A DNA stretch of 64,000 nt from Candidatus Uhrbacteria bacterium (lineage in GTDB: Bacteria; Patescibacteriota; Patescibacteriia; UBA9934; GWF2-40-263), in NCBI GenBank assembly GCA_016219925.1, contig JACRJU010000010.1, positions 32,147 through 96,146 on the forward strand, written 5' to 3'. The stretch's first letter is position 1, and each line of letters opens with the position of its first letter. The notes beneath the pieces were generated by a model. It searched no databases. It saw only the letters and a program-made list of their open reading frames with translations, and was not told the DNA's origin. This document shows, in pieces, positions 48,204 to 56,544 of the stretch. The translations under genes were made by a program, and so were the position numbers.

Positions 48204-48842
48204 TTAAAACTCAAGCCGACGGGTTCTGGATTCATCCTGATTATCATCCGAGGCTTCCATCACAAAACTCAAATCGTCACTTCCCCCTTCTTCATCAACC
48301 GAGTCTCCCGCGGTCTCACCTCCCGTCTGTGGAGCTTTGCCAACCGGACCGATGAGATACCGGCGTTTGTTTTTTGAGAGATCCGTATAGTCATCAACAA
48401 AATTTGTCAGACTCGTCGAAGTCGTTTCTCCAAAAGCCATTACTTCGGCAATGCGCCCACGACTTTGGATATGTTCGACCAGAGGAATGAAGTCCCCATC
48501 GCCAGAGACGATAACCACAACATCAAGAACATCAAGCATGCGAACCACATCAATCGCAAGACCGACGTCCCAGTCGGCTTTTTTGTGGCCCGAGGCATAT
48601 TCCATGAGCTCTTTTTCTCGCGTTTCAATGCCGGATTTTTGCAGGGCTTCGAAGAACGGCTGTTCTTCGGCGGTTTTTGTGCTCACGACATACGCTAGTG
48701 CACGAATGAGTCGTCGGCCGGCCACAGCGTCCTCAACGATATTTTTGAAATGGACTTTGCGCTGAAAAAGAGAGCGGGCGCTGTAGTACATGTTTTGCGT
48801 GTCGATAAAAACACCAACGCGCTGATCTTTGTGTTTAAACAT
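48204..48842 (-). CDS. NYN/LabA-like (DUF88) putative RNase-domain protein
   Basis: VGVFIDTQNMYY...VVIVSGDGDFIPLV pattern of NYN/LabA domains, with an acidic C-terminal tail. Confidence 0.65.
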   Translation of the reverse strand: MFKHKDQRVGVFIDTQNMYYSARSLFQRKVHFKNIVEDAVAGRRLIRALAYVVSTKTAEEQPFFEALQKSGIETREKELMEYASGHKKADWDVGLAIDVVRMLDVLDVVVIVSGDGDFIPLVEHIQSRGRIAEVMAFGETTSTSLTNFVDDYTDLSKNKRRYLIGPVGKAPQTGGETAGDSVDEEGGSDDLSFVMEASDDNQDESRTRRLEF

Positions 48843-48864
48843 AGGGGAAGAAAAAAGAGTTGAA

Positions 48865-49128
48865 TTACTTCAACTCTAACTCTTTTTTGATTTTCAAAAA
48901 GGCCTTTTCGTCTTCGCGTTCGAGATATTTGAGCAGACGGCGGCGTTCGTTCACTTTTTTGATGAGCCCACGACGAGAGGAAAAATCTTTTTTGTGGGTA
49001 CGCATGTGCTTGGTCAGCTCGTCGATTTCTGTCGTGAGAATCGCGATCTGAACTTGTGGCGACCCGGTATCTGAATCGTGGGTACGGAATTTTTCAATGA
49101 CTTTCTGCTTCTTTTTGATGTTGAGCAT
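48865..49128 (-). CDS. rpsO: 30S ribosomal protein S15
   Basis: [39 protein letters not shown]. Confidence 0.95.
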   Translation of the reverse strand: MLNIKKKQKVIEKFRTHDSDTGSPQVQIAILTTEIDELTKHMRTHKKDFSSRRGLIKKVNERRRLLKYLEREDEKAFLKIKKELELK

Positions 49129-49293
49129 AGATAAGGAGAGTTCACGCGCGGGGCCGAGTGAGGGGGCTCAATCCCTAGCCAAGCCAGCGCCAGAGTGATT
49201 TATGGCAAAAGCATAGCAAAAAGCCCACTTGGCGTCAATTATTCTGTCGGAGGTCATCCTACTCGAGCCGGTTGCTGTTATACTATAGACCAT

Positions 49294-50508
49294 ATGTCTG
49301 AACCCCTAGCCTCTTCTTTTCCGGCAACGCATCGCCGCTCGATCGCCCATCTTGGTGCATTCCCCACCCTTGCCTCAAATCGGCTTATCGGATTTATCGG
49401 GTCGAGTATGCTTGGGGTTTTTCTGCCGATTTTTTTATATGAGTTTTTTGATGCCTCCCTTTCGTTCGTCCTGTTGTGGTTTGCGATTGATTTTTTAATT
49501 AAACTTCCGTTTTATGTTCCGGCCGCACGCGCGTTCTCTCGCATCGGGTTGGTTCGTTCCATGATGATTGGGACTCTTGGAATGGTTCTTTTTTACGGAG
49601 TATTTTTCTTGCTTGATAAAAACATCTCTTTTCACCCATTTGTTCTGATGGCCATTGGAATGTTCGGGCTCTCGCTTGATAGCACGTTTTATTGGTCACC
49701 GTTCCACATCGACATGGCGAAGTTTATGGATGCTAAGCGACGCGGGATTCAGTTGGGAGCCTACTATAGTCTTCAGCAAATCATGTCCGTGGTCACTCCT
49801 CTTGCGGCGGCGTTTCTCATTGCACATTTTGGCTATCGTGCCAATTTTTTTGCTGGGCTCATAATCTCATTTCTCTCGATCATTCCGCTTTTTTTTGTTC
49901 CCGAGCGTCGCGTGCGGTATGAATTTGGCTATCTGGAAAGTTTACGCAAACTTTTTTCAAAAAAATTTCGCGCAATGTCTTTTTCAATGATGGCGCTTGG
50001 GGCGGAAAACATTGTGGCATCAGTTGTGTGGCCCATCTTTTTGTTTTCCCTTTTTCGTGGGAGTTATCTTGAAGTCGGCGGCGTGACCGCCGCGATTATC
50101 GTTATCTCACTTGTGTTAGAGATGGTGGTCGGAAAAGAAACGGATCGAATGCGCGCGGGCTTCATGATCAAATGGGGAACGTGGATTTATGCTTTGGGTT
50201 GGGTGGCTAAAGGGATTGTAAGCACGCTTACCGGGGTCTTTGCAGCCTCGACATTTCATAGCTTTAGCTCGATTGTGGTGCACACGCCTCTTGATGCCCT
50301 CACGTATCAGCAAGCCGCGGATTCTGGACACTACATTGATGAGTATACGGTTTTGCGTGAGATGTCGCTTGGCATCGGGCGCGTCGTCATGTTGCTTCTT
50401 TTGATTCCTCTGACGACTTCCTTTTCGATCGGCTATGCTTTTTTTGCGGCCGCGGTTGTCTCGCTTGGGATGAACTGGCTTGTGCAGTATCACGCGCAAG
50501 AATCATAA
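49294..50508 (+). CDS. MFS-type transporter
   Basis: About 12 hydrophobic segments. Start at ATG 49294 (MSEPLASSF); the upstream extension to 49195 is unconvincing. Confidence 0.55.
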   Translation: MSEPLASSFPATHRRSIAHLGAFPTLASNRLIGFIGSSMLGVFLPIFLYEFFDASLSFVLLWFAIDFLIKLPFYVPAARAFSRIGLVRSMMIGTLGMVLFYGVFFLLDKNISFHPFVLMAIGMFGLSLDSTFYWSPFHIDMAKFMDAKRRGIQLGAYYSLQQIMSVVTPLAAAFLIAHFGYRANFFAGLIISFLSIIPLFFVPERRVRYEFGYLESLRKLFSKKFRAMSFSMMALGAENIVASVVWPIFLFSLFRGSYLEVGGVTAAIIVISLVLEMVVGKETDRMRAGFMIKWGTWIYALGWVAKGIVSTLTGVFAASTFHSFSSIVVHTPLDALTYQQAADSGHYIDEYTVLREMSLGIGRVVMLLLLIPLTTSFSIGYAFFAAAVVSLGMNWLVQYHAQES

Positions 50509-50539
50509 AACTCCCGAGAGCTTCGGGAGTTTTATGATT

Positions 50540-51313
50540 CTACGTTTTGAGAAGTTGATCAATAGCCGCTGATACAGAGCTGTATGGGAGAGCTCCTTTG
50601 ATCGGGATCGCGTTGCCATCTTTGTCGATGATGAAAGACCCGGGGGTTCCGTTCACTCCTGCGTTTGCGCCATCTTGGGACTGTTGTTGGATCTTTCCGT
50701 CATACTTGCTTTTGCGGTAGCAGTCTTCCCATTGGTTGACGTTCAGACCAAGCTTGCCGGCAAGCTGTTTGTAGTACGCATCGGATTCAGAATCTTGATT
50801 CGCGAAAAGATCATCTGCAAATTCCCAGAATTTCCCCTGCTCGGATGCACACTCCGCGGCGTTGGCGGCTGGAAGAGCGTTGGGATGAAATGACAATGGG
50901 AAATGTCGGTAGATCCAGCGCACTTTTCCATCGTAATTTTTCATGACTTGTTGCATGGTGGGATGAAAATTTTGACAGAACGGACACTGGAAATCGGAGT
51001 ATTCAATAACGGTGATCGCGGCATCTTTTGCCCCGCGGATATGATCCGCATCTGTGACAACTGGGACGGCTGTGGGCTCGGGAGTTGGGATAGTTGTTGG
51101 ATCCGTGACTCCAGCGTCAGCCACGGCTCCCGCGGCGGATGGGGCTTTCAAACCGAGATTGATTGTCCCCCCTTTGAGTATTTGGGTGCCGAGAATGATG
51201 AATCCAACCGTGCACAGGACAAGAATGGCGGTCACGAAACCAAGCCAGAATGCACTTTTGGCATTCAAGACATCAAAAAGAGATGAGGGTTTGTTGGGTG
51301 AGAGTTGATCCAT
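50540..51313 (-). CDS. DsbA-family thiol:disulfide oxidoreductase, membrane anchored
   Basis: N-terminal TM. CPFC active site in YSDFQCPFCQNFHP. C-terminal GTPGSFI. Confidence 0.75.
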   Translation of the reverse strand: MDQLSPNKPSSLFDVLNAKSAFWLGFVTAILVLCTVGFIILGTQILKGGTINLGLKAPSAAGAVADAGVTDPTTIPTPEPTAVPVVTDADHIRGAKDAAITVIEYSDFQCPFCQNFHPTMQQVMKNYDGKVRWIYRHFPLSFHPNALPAANAAECASEQGKFWEFADDLFANQDSESDAYYKQLAGKLGLNVNQWEDCYRKSKYDGKIQQQSQDGANAGVNGTPGSFIIDKDGNAIPIKGALPYSSVSAAIDQLLKT

Positions 51314-51361
51314 AGAGTAGAGGTTAAAAATACCAAAAAAGAAGCGGGTCGACCTCGGGTC

Positions 51362-51739
51362 TTAAAATCCGTGTGTGGCAAAAAGATAAGGGAGAAATTG
51401 GTCACCTAGAGGCCCACCTCTGCGACGGAGCCGCCATTGTTTGATCAAAAAACTTACGGACGGACGGAGAATATTAACCAGAGGCAAGAGCACGACAACG
51501 AGAGTCATCACAATCAGACTGATGTTCATCTGAACACTCGTCACCATGCCAAGTTGGTTGCTTGAAAGAGGAAGTGGGGCGCTGATATGTTCAACCGGGC
51601 AAAATGATCCGTGTTCATGTTGCGTTTCAAATAAGCCGCAGTGCGCGCCAGCGAGAAGAAGAAAACTGGAGAAGGCCAACAGGATCACCAGAGTCCATGA
51701 TTGATTTTTGAGGGCGTGCACAGTCATAACAGGCGTCAT
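51362..51739 (-). CDS. Small His/Cys-rich membrane protein, function unknown
   Basis: Start at ATG 51739 (MTPVMTV). Contains HCGLFETQHEHGSFCPVEH between two hydrophobic helices. The longer listed ORF would overlap the xer promoter region. Confidence 0.35.
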   Translation of the reverse strand: MTPVMTVHALKNQSWTLVILLAFSSFLLLAGAHCGLFETQHEHGSFCPVEHISAPLPLSSNQLGMVTSVQMNISLIVMTLVVVLLPLVNILRPSVSFLIKQWRLRRRGGPLGDQFLPYLFATHGF

Positions 51740-51796
51740 TGTAGCACGGGGCTCTCTTGGGTGAAAAGTACAAGCGTCGTATAATACAGAGGTCTT

Positions 51797-52720
51797 ATGA
51801 AATCTCTTCAAGCCTTTATCACGGATTTTTTGGAATATCTGGAAGTCGAGCGTGGTCGCAGTGCGCGGACGATTCGCAACTACGATTTTTATTTGCGCCG
51901 GTTTGCGCAGTTTGCTGGAAATATCCTTCCACCAAAGATTACGCGTGAAACCGTTCATCGCTATCGGTTATTTTTGAATCGTCTGGAACAAGGCCGTCAA
52001 GAAGTGACGCTCAAAAAAAGTACGCAGAATTATCATCTCATTGCCTTGCGCTCATTTTTGAAATATCTTTCGCGTCATGATGTTGCGAGCCTGCCCGCTG
52101 AACAGATCGAACTTGCCAAGCAGTCTAAGCGCACCGTGGATTTTCTCGAAGCTGATGAACTTGCCCGACTGTTGGCGATGCCGCAGAAAATCCATTCCGG
52201 TTTGATCGCCCTGCGTGACAAAGCGATTTTGGAGTTGTTGTTTTCCGCAGGTTTGCGCGTGAGCGAACTCACCGGACTCAAGATCGAGCAGATCAATCTC
52301 AAACGTGATGAGTTTACCGTGCGCGGCAAAGGCGACAAGCCGCGGCTGTGCTTTTTGTCTGATTCGGCAAAAGAAGCCATCAGAGGCTATCTTGAGAGAC
52401 GCCGCGATCCTTCACCGTTTTTGTTTGTTTCTCATGATCGGGCCAAAAGTGGTCGTAAAGACGGCGGACCACTCACCCCTCGCTCAGTTGAACGCTCGGT
52501 TGAACACTATGCGGTGAGCGCTGGCATCACAAAAAAAATTACTCCTCATACGCTTCGTCATACTTTCGCTACGGATTTACTCATGAGCGGCGCGGATATT
52601 CGTTCGGTGCAGTCGATGCTCGGGCATGAATCCATTACGACAACTCAGGTTTACACCCACATCACGAACAGCCAGATGAAGGAAGTTCACAAACGGTTTC
52701 ATGGGAAACAAAAGAGTTAG
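51797..52720 (+). CDS. Tyrosine recombinase, XerC/XerD family
   Basis: N-terminal SAM-like FLEYLEVERGRSARTIRNY. Catalytic HTLRHTFAT and GHESITTTQVYTH. Confidence 0.8.
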   Translation: MKSLQAFITDFLEYLEVERGRSARTIRNYDFYLRRFAQFAGNILPPKITRETVHRYRLFLNRLEQGRQEVTLKKSTQNYHLIALRSFLKYLSRHDVASLPAEQIELAKQSKRTVDFLEADELARLLAMPQKIHSGLIALRDKAILELLFSAGLRVSELTGLKIEQINLKRDEFTVRGKGDKPRLCFLSDSAKEAIRGYLERRRDPSPFLFVSHDRAKSGRKDGGPLTPRSVERSVEHYAVSAGITKKITPHTLRHTFATDLLMSGADIRSVQSMLGHESITTTQVYTHITNSQMKEVHKRFHGKQKS

Positions 52721-52748
52721 CGGTAGAGTTTTTTTAGGAGTTTTTTGG

Positions 52749-52784
52749 TCGGCCATTGACAAAATGGCCGATTTTTGATAAATT
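52749..52784 (+). promoter_or_regulatory. Composite xer terminator hairpin and promoter of high-GC cassette C
   Basis: TCGGCCAT-tgacaaa-ATGGCCGA plus TTTTT. The same sequence supplies TTGACA (52756-52761), N17, TAAATT (52779-52784). Confidence 0.5.
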
Positions 52785-52858
52785 GAGCTCTTCATTCCTG
52801 CTGGAAGCGGTTGCTTTCAGAGCGCGGGGGTGGGGTAACAACTTACCGGAGGAGAGGC

Positions 52859-53194
52859 ATGATCGACCTGACAGCCGCTACCTTCGACGGGGTCGTCAAG
52901 AAACACCCCGTCATTCTCGTCGACTTCTGGGCGGCTTGGTGTGCACCTTGCCGCGCCATGATGCCGGTCATCAGTGGGCTCGCGGAGGCCATGCCCGATC
53001 TGGTGATCGGCAAGGTCGACATCGACCCCGAGCTCGAGTTGGCGACGCGCTTTAGGATCAGCGCGATCCCCACGCTCATGTTCATCGTCGAGGGACACGA
53101 GGTTGCGCGCCTCACTGGGGCCACGTCGTTGCCCAAGCTCATCGCTTGGGTGCGCGAGCACCAGGGCGCCGTGGAGACGAACCCGAACACGTAG
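52859..53194 (+). CDS. High-GC cassette C: thioredoxin-family protein with a WCAPC active site
   Basis: GGAGGAGAGG Shine-Dalgarno before ATG 52859. Contains VDFWAAWCAPCRAM and ISAIPTLM. G/C-ending codons, with overlapping shadow ORFs. Confidence 0.75.
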   Translation: MIDLTAATFDGVVKKHPVILVDFWAAWCAPCRAMMPVISGLAEAMPDLVIGKVDIDPELELATRFRISAIPTLMFIVEGHEVARLTGATSLPKLIAWVREHQGAVETNPNT

Positions 53195-53271
53195 CCGGAG
53201 CGACAGAGAGTCCCCCGGTCTTTTTATTTGTCTTGACGCTATGGTACGCTTTGCCTATCTTCATAACCTGT

Positions 53272-54129
53272 ATGCCACGCGAACAAAAATTGTATTTGGT
53301 CGAGAACGAGTCAGTTTCAGAGGAACGACACGAACCTCCAGAGATGGAAACGCCAAAAGAGATTCTTGAAGCGGGCGCAGTGAGCAACACCGCGATTGTC
53401 GAAGAATTGGAGCAACACGATTTTAAGTTTGATGGCGCGCGCGAGCGGTTAAGCAGTGGTGTTTTTGGTCCGCTCTATCGCGTGGAAGCAAAAACAAAAG
53501 AAGGCGAGTCCGTAATCATGGTGGAAAAGGTTTTTGCTCCTGGTGATAAAACCAAAACCAAGCGATTTTCTATTTATGAGTCCGATGCCGCTTCGATGGA
53601 ACAAGCCAGCGTTAAACAGCGCGCGCGTCTTGGACTCGTGGATTCTTCCTCTCAAGAGAGGAAGCTTAAAAAAGTGATTATTGATTGGCTTTACAATGAA
53701 GAGCGCGCGCTGAGCGAGCTTTCCGATATCCCCGGCATCCCAAAATCATACGGGGCTGTCTATGAGGGATCTCGTGGTTCTCTGCTTGAACAATATATCG
53801 AAGGGTTTGATTTGTTCGACCTTGCTCAACAAGCACAGTCTGTTGAGCAGATCAACGACATCTTTGATCGGTATCGAGACACCTACACACAAGCAGCTGA
53901 GCGCGGGTACATCTATAACGATCCTTATGGGTCAACGGTCATGGTTGATCAACAGACTTTTCAACCCTACCTGATCGATTGGTATAAACACGCCGCCGGT
54001 TCGATCCAATCGGACGGTCCGGCCAAGGAAAAATTTGAACAAGGCTTGAAAGATTTGGAACAATTCCGAAAAGACACTATCAGTCAGTTTGAGGAAAAAC
54101 ATCTCGCAGAAGTGCGGGCGGCTTTGTGA
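53272..54129 (+). CDS. Protein-kinase-like fold protein (atypical; putative)
   Basis: Start at ATG 53272, 10 nt after a TTGACG-N17-TATCTT promoter (53233-53261). Gly-loop-like SSGVFGPLYRV, VIMVEK, LLEQYIEGFDL, YIYNDPYGSTVMVD and YLIDW. Confidence 0.35.
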   Translation: MPREQKLYLVENESVSEERHEPPEMETPKEILEAGAVSNTAIVEELEQHDFKFDGARERLSSGVFGPLYRVEAKTKEGESVIMVEKVFAPGDKTKTKRFSIYESDAASMEQASVKQRARLGLVDSSSQERKLKKVIIDWLYNEERALSELSDIPGIPKSYGAVYEGSRGSLLEQYIEGFDLFDLAQQAQSVEQINDIFDRYRDTYTQAAERGYIYNDPYGSTVMVDQQTFQPYLIDWYKHAAGSIQSDGPAKEKFEQGLKDLEQFRKDTISQFEEKHLAEVRAAL

Positions 54130-54166
54130 TTTTTTAAGATTTAAAGGTGTTGTCTGTTTATTCGAC

Positions 54167-54187
54167 AGAGGCCATTGGCCTCTTTTT
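54167..54187 (+). terminator. Intrinsic terminator of the kinase-like gene
   Basis: AGAGGCC-att-GGCCTCT followed by TTTT. Confidence 0.55.
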
Positions 54188-54245
54188 GGTCTCTTGGTAG
54201 GGTACAGATACGACCTGGCATAAGGCTCGGTCAAGGGAGGCCATC

Positions 54246-55226
54246 ATGGCACACGTGACCCATCGCGATCTGCTCTTTCCCATCGTCGTGAAGTTCTGGG
54301 GGGTCCGCGGATCCTTCCCGACCAGCGACGTCCGGATCGGCGGGCACACGACATGCCTGACGCTCCAGTTCCCCGACCAACTCATCATCTTCGACACGGG
54401 TTCGGGGATGATCGACCTTGGCAACCATCTGCTCGAGCCGGCGCTCGTGCCTGGAACGACCCTCAAAGACATCGAGGTGTTCACCAAGGTCTGGCTCGGC
54501 CAGACTGGCAACAAGCCCGAGGATCTCGGGCGCGCTCTGCAGGAGCGGTTCCAGGGCAAGAACGGCGGGGTCAACGCGACCGTGATCCACAGCCACGTCC
54601 ACAAGGATCACCTCGACGGGCTCACGGCGTTCAAGCCCGTGTTCCGTCCGGACACGGAGCTCACCTTCATCGGCTCGCGCCACAATGATCTGACGATCGA
54701 GCAGGTCATGGAGCGCTTCGTGTTCACCCCGCCGGTGTTTCCGGTGCCCTGGAAGGTCCTGGGGTCGAGGCGCACCATGCGCGAGATCGCTCCGTCGGGC
54801 GACACCTTCACGATCCCCTGCGCGGTCGGCGACGACATCCGTGTGCGGATGCTGCCGATGAACCACCCCAACCAAGCCTACGGGTACCGGTTCGAGTGGG
54901 GCGGTCGTGTGATCGCGGTCACGCTCGACCACGAGCACGGTCACGACTTCGACCGCAACGTCGTCGAGCTCGCGGACAACGCCGACCTGTGGATCACCGA
55001 GGCGCAGTACACCGATGCGCAGTACGCGCGGTGCAAGGGCTTCGGCCACATCAGCGAGACCGCGGCCGCCGCGCACGCCAAGGCGGCCAAGCCCCGGCTC
55101 GTCTACACGACCCACCACGATCCGGACGCCGGCTTCGACGATGTCCAGCAGATCGCGCGCACCATCCAGGAGTTCTCGGGCGTCGAAGCTCGGTACGCCT
55201 GGCAGGGTAGCGAGGTCCACGTCTGA
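54246..55226 (+). CDS. High-GC cassette D: MBL-fold metallo-hydrolase (Lactamase_B_2-like)
   Basis: GGAGG lies 5 nt before the ATG. HSHVHKDHLDG (HxHxDH), a downstream NHP, and TTHHDP. The antisense 329-aa ORF is repetitive low-complexity. Confidence 0.75.
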   Translation: MAHVTHRDLLFPIVVKFWGVRGSFPTSDVRIGGHTTCLTLQFPDQLIIFDTGSGMIDLGNHLLEPALVPGTTLKDIEVFTKVWLGQTGNKPEDLGRALQERFQGKNGGVNATVIHSHVHKDHLDGLTAFKPVFRPDTELTFIGSRHNDLTIEQVMERFVFTPPVFPVPWKVLGSRRTMREIAPSGDTFTIPCAVGDDIRVRMLPMNHPNQAYGYRFEWGGRVIAVTLDHEHGHDFDRNVVELADNADLWITEAQYTDAQYARCKGFGHISETAAAAHAKAAKPRLVYTTHHDPDAGFDDVQQIARTIQEFSGVEARYAWQGSEVHV

Positions 55227-55234
55227 CCCTTCTT

Positions 55235-55259
55235 CACCAGCTTCTGCTGGTGCTTTTTT
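55235..55259. terminator. Intrinsic terminator shared by convergent genes (MBL hydrolase and CaCA antiporter)
   Basis: CACCAGC-ttct-GCTGGTG followed by CTTTTTT. It overlaps the CaCA stop codon. Confidence 0.65.
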
Positions 55260-56262
55260 ATAGGGCGTTTTTTAATCGTGATATCTGTCCGATCAACAGA
55301 GTGTTTGCTGTCAGGATAATTAAAAAGATGAGGATCAGGGAATTACCACCAAGAAAGATGCCGCCCATCATGGCGACGACGGATGCCCCAAGGGTCGTGA
55401 CGATGTTGTCCATTGCAACTCCGACGATCGCATCACCAATGCGGCCTTTGGGATGAATGGAAAAGCGATGCACAACGATCATCTCCCCAAAACAGCCGAT
55501 GAGCCCGGCCAAAATTCCGGTAATGACAAAAGGGATATGAGTCAGGTGGGAAAAGACCTCCAGAGTTTTGACCATGCTTTCTGCGGCAAGTAAAATCGCG
55601 ATTCCAGATAAGATGAGATCGAACCAAATGCGCCATGATCCGTGACGGTCGTAATAGCGTTCGCCCTGCGCGATTTTTTCGACGGGTGAATCCGGCCGAT
55701 CATTTTTGCGGAAGAGATAAAGTACGGCGATGCACACGATAAATAAAATGATCCCGACAGGAGGAATCAGTTGATACAGATCGCCAACCATTAATGTTTC
55801 AGTTTGCTGAATCTGTCCGAAGAGCACCATGCTGACGGCCACGAAAGCTGTCAGAAGCGTAAGTGTTGTTAAGATGTTGATGGCGCCGTCCATTTCTTGG
55901 CGAGAGGGTTTGACGGCGTGCTGTTTGATGGGTTTGAGCGTTCCGCCGGACGTAAACGGAGGAAACATGAGAACGATTTTGTTTTTTCGGTCTGCGATAT
56001 TTTGACGAAACAGACACCAAACCGCATGAACAATGTTGTAAATGTTTGAACCGAACGTGGTTGATGCCGCGATGATGGCGAGTTGGATCGCACGGACTGG
56101 GTCGGTGTCTTTGACTTGAAGAGAGATAAAGGCCGCGACGATACCGATCACCATGTCGGGGAATGCGGTCCCGAATGCTTGGAGGAATCCGCCAGCCAAT
56201 TTGGTGCGGTCTTTGAGAACATCAGTTGTTTCTTCAATCACTTGGGCCGTGCCGCGAAACAC
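55258..56262 (-). CDS. Ca2+/cation antiporter (CaCA, YrbG-like). The listed ORF lacks TM1, which lies upstream behind an in-frame TGA
   Basis: Alpha-repeat-like LQAFGTAFPDMVIGIVAA and LIGCFGEMIVV. The frame continues upstream to ATG 56406 except for TGA at 56314-56316. Confidence 0.6.
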   Translation of the reverse strand: MFRGTAQVIEETTDVLKDRTKLAGGFLQAFGTAFPDMVIGIVAAFISLQVKDTDPVRAIQLAIIAASTTFGSNIYNIVHAVWCLFRQNIADRKNKIVLMFPPFTSGGTLKPIKQHAVKPSRQEMDGAINILTTLTLLTAFVAVSMVLFGQIQQTETLMVGDLYQLIPPVGIILFIVCIAVLYLFRKNDRPDSPVEKIAQGERYYDRHGSWRIWFDLILSGIAILLAAESMVKTLEVFSHLTHIPFVITGILAGLIGCFGEMIVVHRFSIHPKGRIGDAIVGVAMDNIVTTLGASVVAMMGGIFLGGNSLILIFLIILTANTLLIGQISRLKNAL

Positions 56263-56411
56263 GACGCCGACACCGATACTAAAGACCGCGACGATGACAA
56301 GCGTCTGGAGCCATCATGAATCTGAAATGGGCAAAATCTGATCAATGATAAAAAACCTAAGCCCGAGCGCAAGAGCGAGGTACAGAAGGATTCTTAAAAA
56401 GATCATAGATG

Positions 56412-56488
56412 TGGTGGCCCGGGAGGGACTTGAACCCCCAACCCTGTGCTTAGAACGCACCTGCTCTATCCAGTTGAGCTACCGGGCC
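56412..56488 (-). tRNA. tRNA-Arg (anticodon TCT), CCA encoded
   Basis: Hand fold of the reverse complement: acceptor GGCCCGG/CCGGGCC, D arm GCTC/GAGC, anticodon loop GTTCTAA, T arm GGGGG-TTCAAGT-CCCTC. 77 nt. Confidence 0.8.
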
Positions 56489-56544
56489 AAATTCAGTAAA
56501 CTGAATCGGAAGCGTAGATAAATTTTATCACAAAGTCAACCCAT

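Noticed and set aside
51740-51958. Upstream 73-codon extension of the small membrane protein ORF.
   Set aside because: It would overlap the start of the divergent xer gene. Its composition is basic and not membrane-like. ATG 51739 gives a compact two-helix protein.
54231-55220. A 329-aa minus-strand ORF antisense to the MBL hydrolase.
   Set aside because: Its translation is repetitive Arg/Asp/Val/Leu/Gly low complexity. The plus frame carries the HxHxDH metal-binding motif and a Shine-Dalgarno.
56314-56316. Genome-wide UGA-to-sense recoding (code 25 or code 4), as in some CPR lineages.
   Set aside because: Many well-supported genes in the window end at TGA with correct family lengths, and neighbours start immediately after. 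Examples are the SET gene, VIT1, livG, nifU and the coiled-coil gene. UGA is therefore a stop codon here, and the CaCA case is a local anomaly.
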